This document shows, one piece after another, positions 27,434-37,200 of a DNA stretch of 50,742 nucleotides. Every line of letters starts with the position of its first letter. Positions within the stretch are counted from its first letter, which is position 1. The notes beneath the pieces were generated by a model. It was given only the letters and a program-made list of their open reading frames with translations. It was not told where the DNA came from and searched no databases. Source of the DNA: a virus (Duplodnaviria > Caudoviricetes); the IMG/VR virus record IMGVR_UViG_3300048598_000585, positions 1 through 50,742 of that record, one strand, 5' to 3'. The position numbers were made by a program, and so were the translations under genes.

Positions 27434-28003
27434 CTACGCGGTCGTCTTCGGCTGCGCCTGGTTGACGACGTTGCCAATCGCCGTGGTGGCGGTGGCCAGG
27501 GCCTGGACGATCTGCTGCAGCGTGGCCAGCACCGGGGTCACCGTGGCATCCACCTGCTTGGCGACGGCGGCAGCGATGGCCTGCGCATCCACGCCCACGC
27601 CGGCCGCACTCACGTCGGTCGCCCGGTTGGCGGTGACCGCGCCGGCGGCGATGTTGGCGCTGGAGGCGCGCATCACAGGATTCAGTTCGTCGGTCCACAG
27701 TGCGTCGGCCGCGATATCGGCGTGCCGGATCGACTGTTTGCCGACCATGTTGGCGGTCTCAACCGCATTCTGCAGAGCCTGCGACGCGATCTGGTTCAGC
27801 CGCGTCTGCTCGGTCAGAGCCTGACGTGCGGCCTGGATGTCCAGATCCTGGTAGACGTCGTAGGTCCGCTTGATGTTGGCGTACGTCACCCGCTGGTTTT
27901 CGTTGTGGGCGGCGCCGCCGGTGGCATTGGTGGTTTTGAAGGACTCGTCCGTCCCGGTCTCGAACTCGCGTTCGGCCTGGTTCGGCGTGGCTACTTCGGG
28001 CAT
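27434..28003 (-). CDS. Hypothetical Ala/Gln/Thr-rich helical protein (189 aa)
   Basis: Strong AAGGAG RBS, strongly biased codons, own terminator. Confidence 0.8.
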   Translation of the reverse strand: MPEVATPNQAEREFETGTDESFKTTNATGGAAHNENQRVTYANIKRTYDVYQDLDIQAARQALTEQTRLNQIASQALQNAVETANMVGKQSIRHADIAADALWTDELNPVMRASSANIAAGAVTANRATDVSAAGVGVDAQAIAAAVAKQVDATVTPVLATLQQIVQALATATTAIGNVVNQAQPKTTA

Positions 28004-28084
28004 ACGTGTTTCTCCTTGTCGATCGAATGAAGTGCAACTGAAGCTGAGTTGGAAGCCTGATGGCTCCTGTGGATGGGCGCCGGA

Positions 28085-29560
28085 TCACAAAGCTGGATGC
28101 GGCGAGAATCGAGAATCTGTTGGAACGGCGACGTGCTCTACCTGCACGCCGCGCTTGGCGGCAACCTCGGCCATCTGCTCGCCCGTCTTGGCAAGAACCG
28201 GTTCTTCTCCGGTGAGGCTGGCCAGACGACGGAGGATTGTGTCGCAATACCCAGGCGAGATCTCGCAGCCGAAACCCGTCCTACCCAGAACCTGGGCCGC
28301 CGCCAGCGTCGTTCCCGAACCCGTGAATGGATCGAAGACAACATCGCCGGGATCGGAAAACGCCTTCACGAAGAACTCCACCAACGCGCGTGGGAAGGGA
28401 GCCGAGTGCGATCCCTGGCTGCTCTCCGACTTCACCTCGACTACATTGCTGGGCCGAGCGATGCCACTGAAGCGGCCATCCTCGTCACTGGCTCCTGGCT
28501 GTGCCGCAGCGGACCCACGGGCGCCGGTGCCGAGGAGCCCGCTGCCGGACGTCGACTTTGGATTGCTCGGCGAATATTCAAAGCAGTCCTCGGACTTGTG
28601 TCCGACGGCCTGTGGCCGGAACTTGATCTGCTGCTGTTTGCAGAAATGAAAGACCGGCTCGAACGCGTTCTTGAACCTGTTGCCCCATCCACCTGGCACG
28701 CCGTTGTCAGTCTTGCGCCAGCAGAATTCGTCAACAAACCGCCAATTCCACTGCCGCTTGTGGGCCATCACGAGATCCATTACGTACAGACTGCGCTCGC
28801 CCTCTTCGGCGTGCGCCTTGATGTTCAGGAAGTAGGAACCATCCGGCGCCAGCACCGACTCAATCCCTGCCGCCACACTGCGATACCAGTCCACGTAAGC
28901 TTCAGGCGCCACCGGCCGGAAGCCGCTCGTGGGATCGTACTCGCGTTGCGTGGCGTACGGAGGGGAGGTAATCGCCACGTTCACCATCGCGCCGGCCAAC
29001 AGTTCGCGGACAGTCCTCACGTCGCGGCAATCGCCGCAGATGAGCCTGTGCCGCCCAACCATCCAAATGTCACCGGGGCGCGTGACGGGCTCAGCCGGAA
29101 CCTCGGACGGCGCGTCGTCGCTCGGGATTTCGGCAGCCTGAGCCTCACTCGTCTCACCGGTAAGCGCCTCAAGCTCCTGGTCGCTGAAGCCCAGCAACTC
29201 AAGATCGAATTCGGCGACCTGCAAGTCTTTCAATTCGAGGCTCAGCGCCTCGGCATCCCAGCCGCCCAACTCCGTGAGTTTGTTGTCGGCGATGATCAGC
29301 GCACGCCGTTGCAGCGGAGTTAAGTGCGCCAGGACGATTACCGGAACATCCGACATGCCGAGCTTCTGAGCAGCCCGCAGCCGAGCGTGGCCGGCAATCA
29401 CGCCGCCGTCTCCGTCCACCAGGATTGGTGAAGTCCACCCGAACTCCGTGATGCTGGCTGCCACCAGGGCGACTTGAGCTTCGGAGTGGGTGCGGCTGTT
29501 CCAGGCGAAGGGTAGGAGACTCACCACCGGCCGGAGTTCGATATGAGTGGGGAGATTCAT
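28085..29560 (-). CDS. ParB-N-fused DNA methyltransferase (N6/N4 family, SPPY; likely m4C)
   Basis: ParB domain (VIAGHARL), ITSPPY, HSAPFP and DPFTGSGTT. Confidence 0.93.
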   Translation of the reverse strand: MNLPTHIELRPVVSLLPFAWNSRTHSEAQVALVAASITEFGWTSPILVDGDGGVIAGHARLRAAQKLGMSDVPVIVLAHLTPLQRRALIIADNKLTELGGWDAEALSLELKDLQVAEFDLELLGFSDQELEALTGETSEAQAAEIPSDDAPSEVPAEPVTRPGDIWMVGRHRLICGDCRDVRTVRELLAGAMVNVAITSPPYATQREYDPTSGFRPVAPEAYVDWYRSVAAGIESVLAPDGSYFLNIKAHAEEGERSLYVMDLVMAHKRQWNWRFVDEFCWRKTDNGVPGGWGNRFKNAFEPVFHFCKQQQIKFRPQAVGHKSEDCFEYSPSNPKSTSGSGLLGTGARGSAAAQPGASDEDGRFSGIARPSNVVEVKSESSQGSHSAPFPRALVEFFVKAFSDPGDVVFDPFTGSGTTLAAAQVLGRTGFGCEISPGYCDTILRRLASLTGEEPVLAKTGEQMAEVAAKRGVQVEHVAVPTDSRFSPHPAL

Positions 29561-29639
29561 CCGATCAGGAGTGTGCGTACCAGACCGCGCACCAGCCCTG
29601 CGCACCTGAAATAGTCGGACTGACTAGGCTAAATGTGAA

Positions 29640-29678
29640 ATGGGGCCACCCCGGACTGAAAGTCGCCGGGGAGGACCC
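29640..29678 (-). other. Putative cos packaging site (cosQ/cosN-like)
   Basis: Minus strand GGGTCCT-CCCCGGCGACTTTCAGTCCG-GGGTGGCCCCAT resembles lambda GGGTCCT...GGGCGGCGACCT; intergenic; GpA terminase present. Confidence 0.55.
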
Positions 29679-29891
29679 AAGATTCGATTCGGCGGTGCAC
29701 GTTTGTCGCTATCGCCCCCTTTGCCGCCCGGGTGGCCGAGAGCACCCATCGGCGGCGCTGGGCGTCGTCGCAGACCGTCCCACGACGACACCAACTCCCG
29801 TAGCTCACGACGAAACGGCCAACCGCTGCCGGTCGGCTTGAGGCCACGTTCGATGGCAATGTGTCTGCCGCCCTTCCCTTGGTTGCGGGCT

Positions 29892-30215
29892 TCACGACTC
29901 CACCAGGCAGTCAGTCACGACTTGGAGGAAAACAGACCGGAGTTCATCACCGTGCCCGAGCTTCTTCAATGTCCAGGCGACATTTCCGCCCGCCAGATGC
30001 TCCCGGAAGCTGTACTGTGTCCCTGGGCAATCCCTGAGATTGGCACCGCCCCCCTCGTTCTCCCTGCGAAACAGTACGGCGCGATTGATGTGCCCCTTGT
30101 GGTGGCGCACGATCCGGGCGATCAAGCCGAGTTCGTGCAGCCGAGTCAGACGCTGCTCCGTGACCTTGTCTTGGAGTTCGCCATGAGAGTTGTAGAGGGG
30201 AATCAGTTTCGGCAT
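29892..30215 (-). CDS. Hypothetical protein (~107 aa)
   Basis: Plausible globular ORF (MPKLIPLYNSHG...) upstream of the cos-like site. Confidence 0.6.
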   Translation of the reverse strand: MPKLIPLYNSHGELQDKVTEQRLTRLHELGLIARIVRHHKGHINRAVLFRRENEGGGANLRDCPGTQYSFREHLAGGNVAWTLKKLGHGDELRSVFLQVVTDCLVES

Positions 30216-30447
30216 GAGAACACACGGGCATCCCCGGAAGGATGCGAGAAGGAGTTTCAAGAGAGTCTCGACTCTCACAGATTGTTGGGGTGGGGAGCTT
30301 CCGGAGGGTGCGCTTTGCGCTCGCCTGTCGAACCGAACCGTTTCAATAGCTATATACGCTCGCTGGGCGTGAACTGTCCGGCAAGAGTGCGGAATTATTT
30401 CGCGCTGGAGCCGACACCCGACCGTGCGGGAGGGAAACTAGAGCGCC

Positions 30448-32850
30448 TCAGAGTGCAATCGATTCCTGATGGGGATCAGTACCACTGCCCGGCCTAACTT
30501 CAAGATATCCGTGGTAGGCCCGGTTAATCTGATACCGTCGTAGCCCATGGGGGTTCTGTTCTGCCCCGCGACTCGCCATTGCGCTCAACTTGGCCGTGTT
30601 CTCCTCATCGTAGAGGTACTCGAAGCGATTGTGCTCCACCTCCATCCCCAGGAAGGCAAGCTCACATAAAAATTCGACCACATCGCTTGGCCGCTCCTTC
30701 ACGTCTGCGCGCTCGATGCAGGCGAGAAGATCTAATTCGGTTATAATTTCGCTGGACAGGGCAAATTGCGTGAGGAGTTTTTCTAGCTTTTGAATTTGCC
30801 CGGCATTCTCCGCCATAAGGGAATTCAGAGCGAAGTGTGAGTATTCTAGCTCCGCACTTAGTAGGTCCTCTTCCTCGATACGGCTATGAGCACGATTAAT
30901 GGCGAATCGCAAAGCAGTCTTGACGAGATATAGTAAATCACGTGGCCGGGGCAGGACCGTTTCAGTAAGGTATTGTCGTGCTGTCCGATTCCTCACCGTC
31001 GCGCTGAAGAATTGTTGCCAGATTTCATCTGGCGTCTGGAGGTTTAGGCCAGACTTCATGAATCGTTCCTCCAGCACTCTCAAGAGCAGCGACGGATCAT
31101 CCCAAGACATTCGGCGAACAGGCACCTTGTCCCGTTCGTGGGCGAACCTGATGATTGCCGCATAGATATCACTTCGGAGAAAGAGAATCAATGAGAACGC
31201 GACTTTATCTCGGAAGGTTGCATCCCGCTGGAAATCGGTTGCGATCCTGCCGCTCACATTGAGCAGTCCGAAAAGCAGATCACTGACGCGTGATAGATCT
31301 TGGCTTTGATCCCAAGCTTTGTCCAGGTTGTCAACGAGAATGACAATGCGGTTCTTTCCCGAAATCAAGTTGCCCGTCACCACCTTCAGGCGCGGCAACA
31401 TGTCACCATGTAGCTTCTCGCTTATGTTCTTCCTTCGGATCTCCACCGTGCCGGTAGCCGGCAATGCCATCAGTTTAGTCACCGCAGACTCGAGGCGGAT
31501 CGAGAACTCCGGCATTATCCAGGATGTGTTCTGATCGACAAACTCAATTAATTCCCTTTCATTCACGTTTCGACCCCAGGACACCGGTCTGGAGTTGATT
31601 TGAGTGTAGAGGCTCTTCGCAAGTTCAGTATTGATGAGGAATTTCCATAGGCTTTCAACAAGATACCCGCTGTCAGCAATCGTCAAGGTCTGGCTTAAGA
31701 GCTCCAGCACCCCTTCGAGCTCGTACGCAACGGGCTTTATGATGCAAACGTGGTTTCGTGGATCCCTGGCCAGCTCATTCTGCAGCTTATAGAAGGTCGC
31801 ACTTTTCCCGGTTCCCTTCCTGCCCACGAAAATCGAATGGTTTGCACGAAGAGCCTCGTTGTAGGAAGCCGTGGGAATAAAGTACTCGGCCAGATCCTCG
31901 CATTCGTTCTCAGCGATCCATTCGCCCAGATTTATCTGCTCCAACGTGGTTCGCGCGAGTGCTTGGTTCTTGTAGTGCTCAACATTGGATTCCTGTTTGC
32001 GAACCGACTCCACGAGTGGCGCGAACCACTCGTCGAAAAGGCTCTCGGCTTGCACGGCCGTTTCGTGAGTACGCAGCAAATCCCGGTAGTCCAGAGGCGA
32101 CGAGTATGGCGACTGCGCAAGCATCAGCAGAGGAGTGCCCAACCCATGGGCCATTCCGGCCACAAATGCTTGCTTGGCATTACCCAACTGCCAGTTGATG
32201 TGAGCGGATGAAAGCAAATGGCACACTACGGCGGATGCGGAAGCTATGCGGTTCACGTACCAACTTAGCGGCTGATTCGCCCCTTCAGAGGGATCATCGA
32301 TGATTGACGCGATCGCCCCTCCCATGACTCTTCGCGTCAATCGGTTTGAGGCCTCTGTCGCTGTCTGCGCCTTAAGGTAAACGAGCGTCGGCCGCATAGG
32401 CTTCATCGCCCGATCCAGAAGATCATCAAACAAGCAAGTCTGGTCAGCGTATGGCTGATCCGCGAAGAACCCTTCAACGATCTTCTCGCTGTTGCTCGAA
32501 CCCTGGTAGCCCACTGTCGTGAAGAGCTGAAACCGGTCGAATTCCAATTTCGCCTTCTCGATGGCCGAGTCTAGCAATATCCAGACTCTCTTCCGGTGCG
32601 CCACCGCATAGCCCAGCTCAAATAGGACGTTTGGATTCAAGCCCGTGAAGTCCGCGAGAAAACAGTCGCACTCCCGAATTTCTTCAAAAATTCGATTGAT
32701 GATCGGACGCCCGCAAGGAAAGAGACTCTTCCATCCCTTGATTTGAACCACGCCGCTACCAGAAATAGTGGCGATGGCTTGCTCAATAGTCTCCGCCCGT
32801 GCGGCTGGAGCCGACGGATATGCTACGAAACACAGGGGCAGCGGGTCCAT
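30448..32850 (-). CDS. Tandem TIR/nucleoside-deoxyribosyltransferase-like domains fused to a P-loop ATPase (Sll1717-like); candidate defence moron
   Basis: ADFTGLNPNVLFELGYA motif; Walker A GRKGTGKS; Walker B ILVDNLD; PRPRDL; visibly more AT-rich than its flanks. Confidence 0.8.
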   Translation of the reverse strand: MDPLPLCFVAYPSAPAARAETIEQAIATISGSGVVQIKGWKSLFPCGRPIINRIFEEIRECDCFLADFTGLNPNVLFELGYAVAHRKRVWILLDSAIEKAKLEFDRFQLFTTVGYQGSSNSEKIVEGFFADQPYADQTCLFDDLLDRAMKPMRPTLVYLKAQTATEASNRLTRRVMGGAIASIIDDPSEGANQPLSWYVNRIASASAVVCHLLSSAHINWQLGNAKQAFVAGMAHGLGTPLLMLAQSPYSSPLDYRDLLRTHETAVQAESLFDEWFAPLVESVRKQESNVEHYKNQALARTTLEQINLGEWIAENECEDLAEYFIPTASYNEALRANHSIFVGRKGTGKSATFYKLQNELARDPRNHVCIIKPVAYELEGVLELLSQTLTIADSGYLVESLWKFLINTELAKSLYTQINSRPVSWGRNVNERELIEFVDQNTSWIMPEFSIRLESAVTKLMALPATGTVEIRRKNISEKLHGDMLPRLKVVTGNLISGKNRIVILVDNLDKAWDQSQDLSRVSDLLFGLLNVSGRIATDFQRDATFRDKVAFSLILFLRSDIYAAIIRFAHERDKVPVRRMSWDDPSLLLRVLEERFMKSGLNLQTPDEIWQQFFSATVRNRTARQYLTETVLPRPRDLLYLVKTALRFAINRAHSRIEEEDLLSAELEYSHFALNSLMAENAGQIQKLEKLLTQFALSSEIITELDLLACIERADVKERPSDVVEFLCELAFLGMEVEHNRFEYLYDEENTAKLSAMASRGAEQNPHGLRRYQINRAYHGYLEVRPGSGTDPHQESIAL

Positions 32851-33340
32851 TAGAAAGAAGTCTACTCTCTTTTACCGCTCCATATCGAAGGAGTTGGGAC
32901 GCGGACGCCTCGTTATCGCATCCATCGCGACTAGCGGTCGCTTCATGTTGTCGCGTGCGGCTGTTGGCATCCACTCGCCGGTGTCAGGCGCGAGCCGCAG
33001 ATCTGACTGATTACCTGTGACTGATTACCTGGAGGAGGACGGCCTTCACGCTGGAGGAGCAAAATGAACAGGGAGGTTGCCAGCAGTGCGGCGCAGCTTT
33101 CTCACCATGGGGACTGACGAGTTCCATGCTTGCCACCGCTCTTGCGGTGGTCTCCGTTGTGCCCGCTTCCCGCATCCCATCGCATCGCGCCGACGACGAT
33201 TCACCGCAGCCAACGCCGTCTGCGCCTGCGCCGATCATCCGTTCATTCGCCGTCCAGTTCGTCCCCATTCCTTCGACCTCCTTTCGTTCAATTTCTCTTC
33301 CTTCCGCCTCGCCTGCCGCAACTTCTCCAGCCGTTCCGCC

Positions 33341-33814
33341 TCACACTGCCGGCGATACGCTTCGCGGTCTTCTTCGGTCCAGGCCCGCTTGGCGGCCGCA
33401 CCACTCATCCCAGCTGATCCAGCGTCGTCCCTCGTCCTCCGGCATTGGCGGCCGATATTCTCCCGGCCGCAGCGTCCGCACCGCGGGGAGCAGTTCCTCC
33501 TCGCCATACCTCTCGATTGCCCAAACATGTATGGCATTGAACCGAACCCGCAGGACTTCAAACGCGGTGGCATCGAGTTGGCCACAACCTGCGGCCTTCT
33601 GGACTACCGCCATCCGGGATCGAAGCCAGGCGTAATACTCGGGATCGAGCCGCCGGTACACCGTGTCGTTGAGCTGGATGTCGCGGGCGAACTGCTCTGG
33701 GCGCCGAGTGGTCCACGTTTTGAGGGAGGTGGACACGAAGAGGCTCGTCGGAGTGTTTGTGTCGGCAGCGGGTGCCGTCGATTCTTTTCGCTCTTCCTGC
33801 AACTCCACACTCAT
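33341..33814 (-). CDS. Hypothetical protein downstream of the primase
   Basis: Globular-looking core YRRLDPEYYAWLRSRM; start uncertain. Confidence 0.6.
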   Translation of the reverse strand: MSVELQEERKESTAPAADTNTPTSLFVSTSLKTWTTRRPEQFARDIQLNDTVYRRLDPEYYAWLRSRMAVVQKAAGCGQLDATAFEVLRVRFNAIHVWAIERYGEEELLPAVRTLRPGEYRPPMPEDEGRRWISWDEWCGRQAGLDRRRPRSVSPAV

Positions 33815-33950
33815 CACGGGTCTCCGATCTGGATGGGACATTGGGCTGATCAACCTCTCGGGTTCGCGGCGCCCGGTCGCCGGGAGTGGGCGGCGCGATG
33901 GCTGGACGCGACGGTCTTTTTCGCAGTAGCGGTCACTCCGGGCACCGTTG

Positions 33951-34285
33951 GGAAACTTGGGGAGACATCGGGGATACTTGGTGGAGACTTCCGCCACCCA
34001 TAGTCTCCACCGTTAAGTGACTCATTTTGTATTACTTGCAACCACGGTGGAGACTTGGGAGACTTCAACGCCGATTCCCGGCCTTCTCTCACATCGTGAA
34101 AACGCGTGTATCTATGTCTATACACACCGATACATGCGTTTCTTTTCGTGCGAGGCCTCTTGGAATAGTCTCCCAAGTCTCCCAAGTCTCCACCGTCCTC
34201 GTAAGTAATTGATTTTATATGCATAACATGGTGGAGACTATGTGGGGTCATAGTCTCCCAAGTCTCCACCGAAGTCTCCACCGCG
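33951..34285. repeat. GGAGAC/GTCTCC direct and inverted repeat cluster with AT-rich spacers; candidate replication origin
   Basis: About a dozen copies of (GGT/TG)GGAGACT in both orientations, including a 22-bp perfect inverted pair at 34044-34065/34175-34196. Confidence 0.75.
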
Positions 34286-37200
34286 AAAGTCCAGGAGGTC
34301 GGTACTGCGGGAGTCTGCAACCGCGCTGCCGGCGGCCGTGCTGCCCGAAGCGCTGCCGCCGTCGGCTGATGCAAGACCATACAGCACCCCAGTCCTGTGA
34401 TTGGTCGGGCCAATTTGCTTGACCGTGAGCCCGTTGAATACTCGATCCCTTTTCGCTGTCAGCGCTCTACCCAAACGTGACTGTTGCGAGCGTTCCGACC
34501 CGTCACCGCGCAGGTTTGCCATCAAGTCGCGCTCCTCACAAAATCGATTCAGTTCGCTGACTCTCATCGGCGCGTCGCGGGATGCCGCCCACCAGGCACT
34601 GGTGAACTCGCGCCACATCTGGCCGTCGGTGTCGGCCGCTTGGTAGAGCTCATTCAGGTTGCCAAGGAAGCCGGGAATCCCGGCCACATCCAAGACGCCG
34701 CCCATTGTCCCGGACCAACTTTCGAACGACCCCAATCGCGTCGCATGCAGTGGTTTCCCGGCAGCGATCCACGCTTGCGCCAGCGTGAGTGCCGCGTGGA
34801 CCAGTGACGAACGATTCTCTTTGGCCCAGTCGGCGATCAGCGGGTGCTTGAATCCCTCCCTCAGCCAGGGCATGTCGATCCTCGGGTCTATACGCAGCCG
34901 AATACACCGCCGGCTCATCTCACCGGACAGTCGCGGGTTGTTGCCGGTCATCAGCCAGAGGGCATTGTTGCGGAGGCGGAGCATCGTGGATTCGCCCAGT
35001 AGCCGATCCGTCCACCACTCCTGGGTCACGACCGAAGCCAGTGCAGCTGAATCCAGTTTTCGCTTTTCGCTGAGGTTGTCGATGAAGATGATCTGCCGGC
35101 CTGTCATCAGTTCCGCGGTGATCATCTTTCTGACTTCGTCTTCGCCTTCCGGCAGAGTCCGCCCTGGGGACGTCGCACCAGTGGAAACCACGCTGATCAA
35201 GCTGGCGAGCAGTCCTTTCCCGGAGCCTTGCGTGGGCGCTTCGATCAGGTGGATTGGAGCAAGCCCGCCAACGACGCGCTGCAGAAAAGGAAGAAGGATT
35301 GAGGCGACAGCGTGCGCGCGGTCCGAATCCTTCACAAAAGGGAAATCCACAAGCAGTTCGTCCACCAGGCGCCCTCTGGCGTACGCGATTTGCTCCCGTG
35401 TGGGATTCGCTGGGACCTCCGGGATTTCCAATGAATCGTCGGAGAACATCCAGAGAGCGTCAGCGCGGTGGTAGCCGGCGGAGGTGATCAGTGAGAAGTC
35501 GCGCCCGAATGTCGGGGTACGAATCACCGATTCCAGTGGCGGGAGCGTCGGATCTGGATTCACCAGCATGTCGCGGGCAGTGTCCTTCGATGGCGGGACA
35601 GCGAACACCGCGTGCTCTGTCAGCTTGAGCCAATTGGCGCTGCGAGCCAGCATGCCGTAGATTGCCGTTTCGCCGAGCACATCAATCCTCGCCTGGGCGC
35701 CAGTGCCGGCGATGCGCACAAGCGCGCCTCCCTTCTGAAACAGGAGTGGCCTGTCGGGGACGTCTGCACCTGCCAGCTCGTTCATAGCGTGAATGGCCAT
35801 CCAGGAATCGGCGATCACGTCACGTAGCTGCCGGTTGTTGACCTGGATGGCGGGCAGGGGTTGTGTTTCTGGATCGACCTCCGGTGCCGTCGCGGCCAGC
35901 GCACTCGGACGCCCTCCTCCAAACACGCCGCCTCGGGCAGCGCGTCGCGGACGGGCAATTTCCACAACCTTCATCTGCTTGCGAAGCGTGGTGACGGGAA
36001 GCCGGATCTTGCCGCAGCGCGCCTGAATCAGGCGGAGGTATCGGTCCTGCTCGATGGGATCGAATCGACCGGCCTCCGACAGGATCGGAGCGATGAGTCG
36101 GCTGAGGTCGGCATCCGGAACGTCAGTACTGAGCTTCGAAATGGCCAATTCCAGCGGTGTCATTGCAGCGGCGAGGATGGCTTCGAAGTCGGTCGCCGTC
36201 TTCCCAGAAGCGAAATACTCGTTGACGTCGATCTTGGAGTCGGCAAGCAGGCCTTCGGCTTCCTGCGGCAGGTTCTTGGCAGGGGAAGCGATATCGCCGC
36301 CGAAACACTCGCGGAGTTTGCGCCGCGCGACTTGCTGCTTTTCTCCGAGTGGGAGCACCGCGACTCGCGTAAGGATGCCGTGGGCGCCCAAAATGCGCGC
36401 CGTCTTCAGCGCACCTTGCGTCCCAGCCTCTGAAATCTCGTTGTCCTGGCAGATGAAGACGGTCTTCACGCCTGTCAGCTTCGGCAGCAGACGCTCCCAG
36501 TCGGCCTCACGGATCTGGATGGTGACCGGCGACACGACCGGGAATCCGTGTTCCATCAGGGAAATGCAATCGGTGACGCCCTCTGTGATGATCACGCGCT
36601 CGGGATGGGTGAGCAGCACGTCTTCGTTGTAGAGGACATCGTTTCGGATGCTCGATGCGACGTGGGCATTGTTGCGATCGTTGCGGAGGGCCAGCTTCTT
36701 GTACTTCGGCTTCTCCCAATCGTGATCAGGGGTCCACGGCGTGTGCCGCCCGATCATGAACACGACGTGGCCGCGGCTCCAATACGGAAAGACGAGGCGG
36801 CGGTCAAAGCATGGAACGAGCCCGTCCTGCGCTGTCGGTCGGAACGCCGAGGTGGCCGCCAGCTCGCGTAGCGTGAAGGCCCCTGGCCCATCGGACAATG
36901 TACGGATAACGCTGGGCCCGTCGTTGTCGGCCCAGCCAATCTTCAATCGCCTGGTCGTTTCTTCACCAATTCCGTACTTCGCTTTGAACCAGGTGAGAAC
37001 TTCGGCGTTGCCTGCCAACCGCTGGTGATATACGTCCGCCAGCGCGGTCAGCGCATCTCTAACTCTGACCGAGCGGCGGTGCTGCTCTTCCGCCTCGGCG
37101 ATCTCCTGCACGGAACGGCCAAGCTGCGACAGCGGCGGCGCCCCCACGCGCGTGGCCAAGAAGTCGCGTGCCTGGCGATGCGATTCCGGCATGGAACCGG

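Noticed and set aside
32850-33340. Short ORFs 33011..33268 and 33235..33585
   Set aside because: Overlapping, low-complexity and without motifs; the region may be a decayed gene but no call can be supported
33951-34285. CRISPR array
   Set aside because: Repeats are about 9-11 bp, in both orientations, with no regular unique spacers
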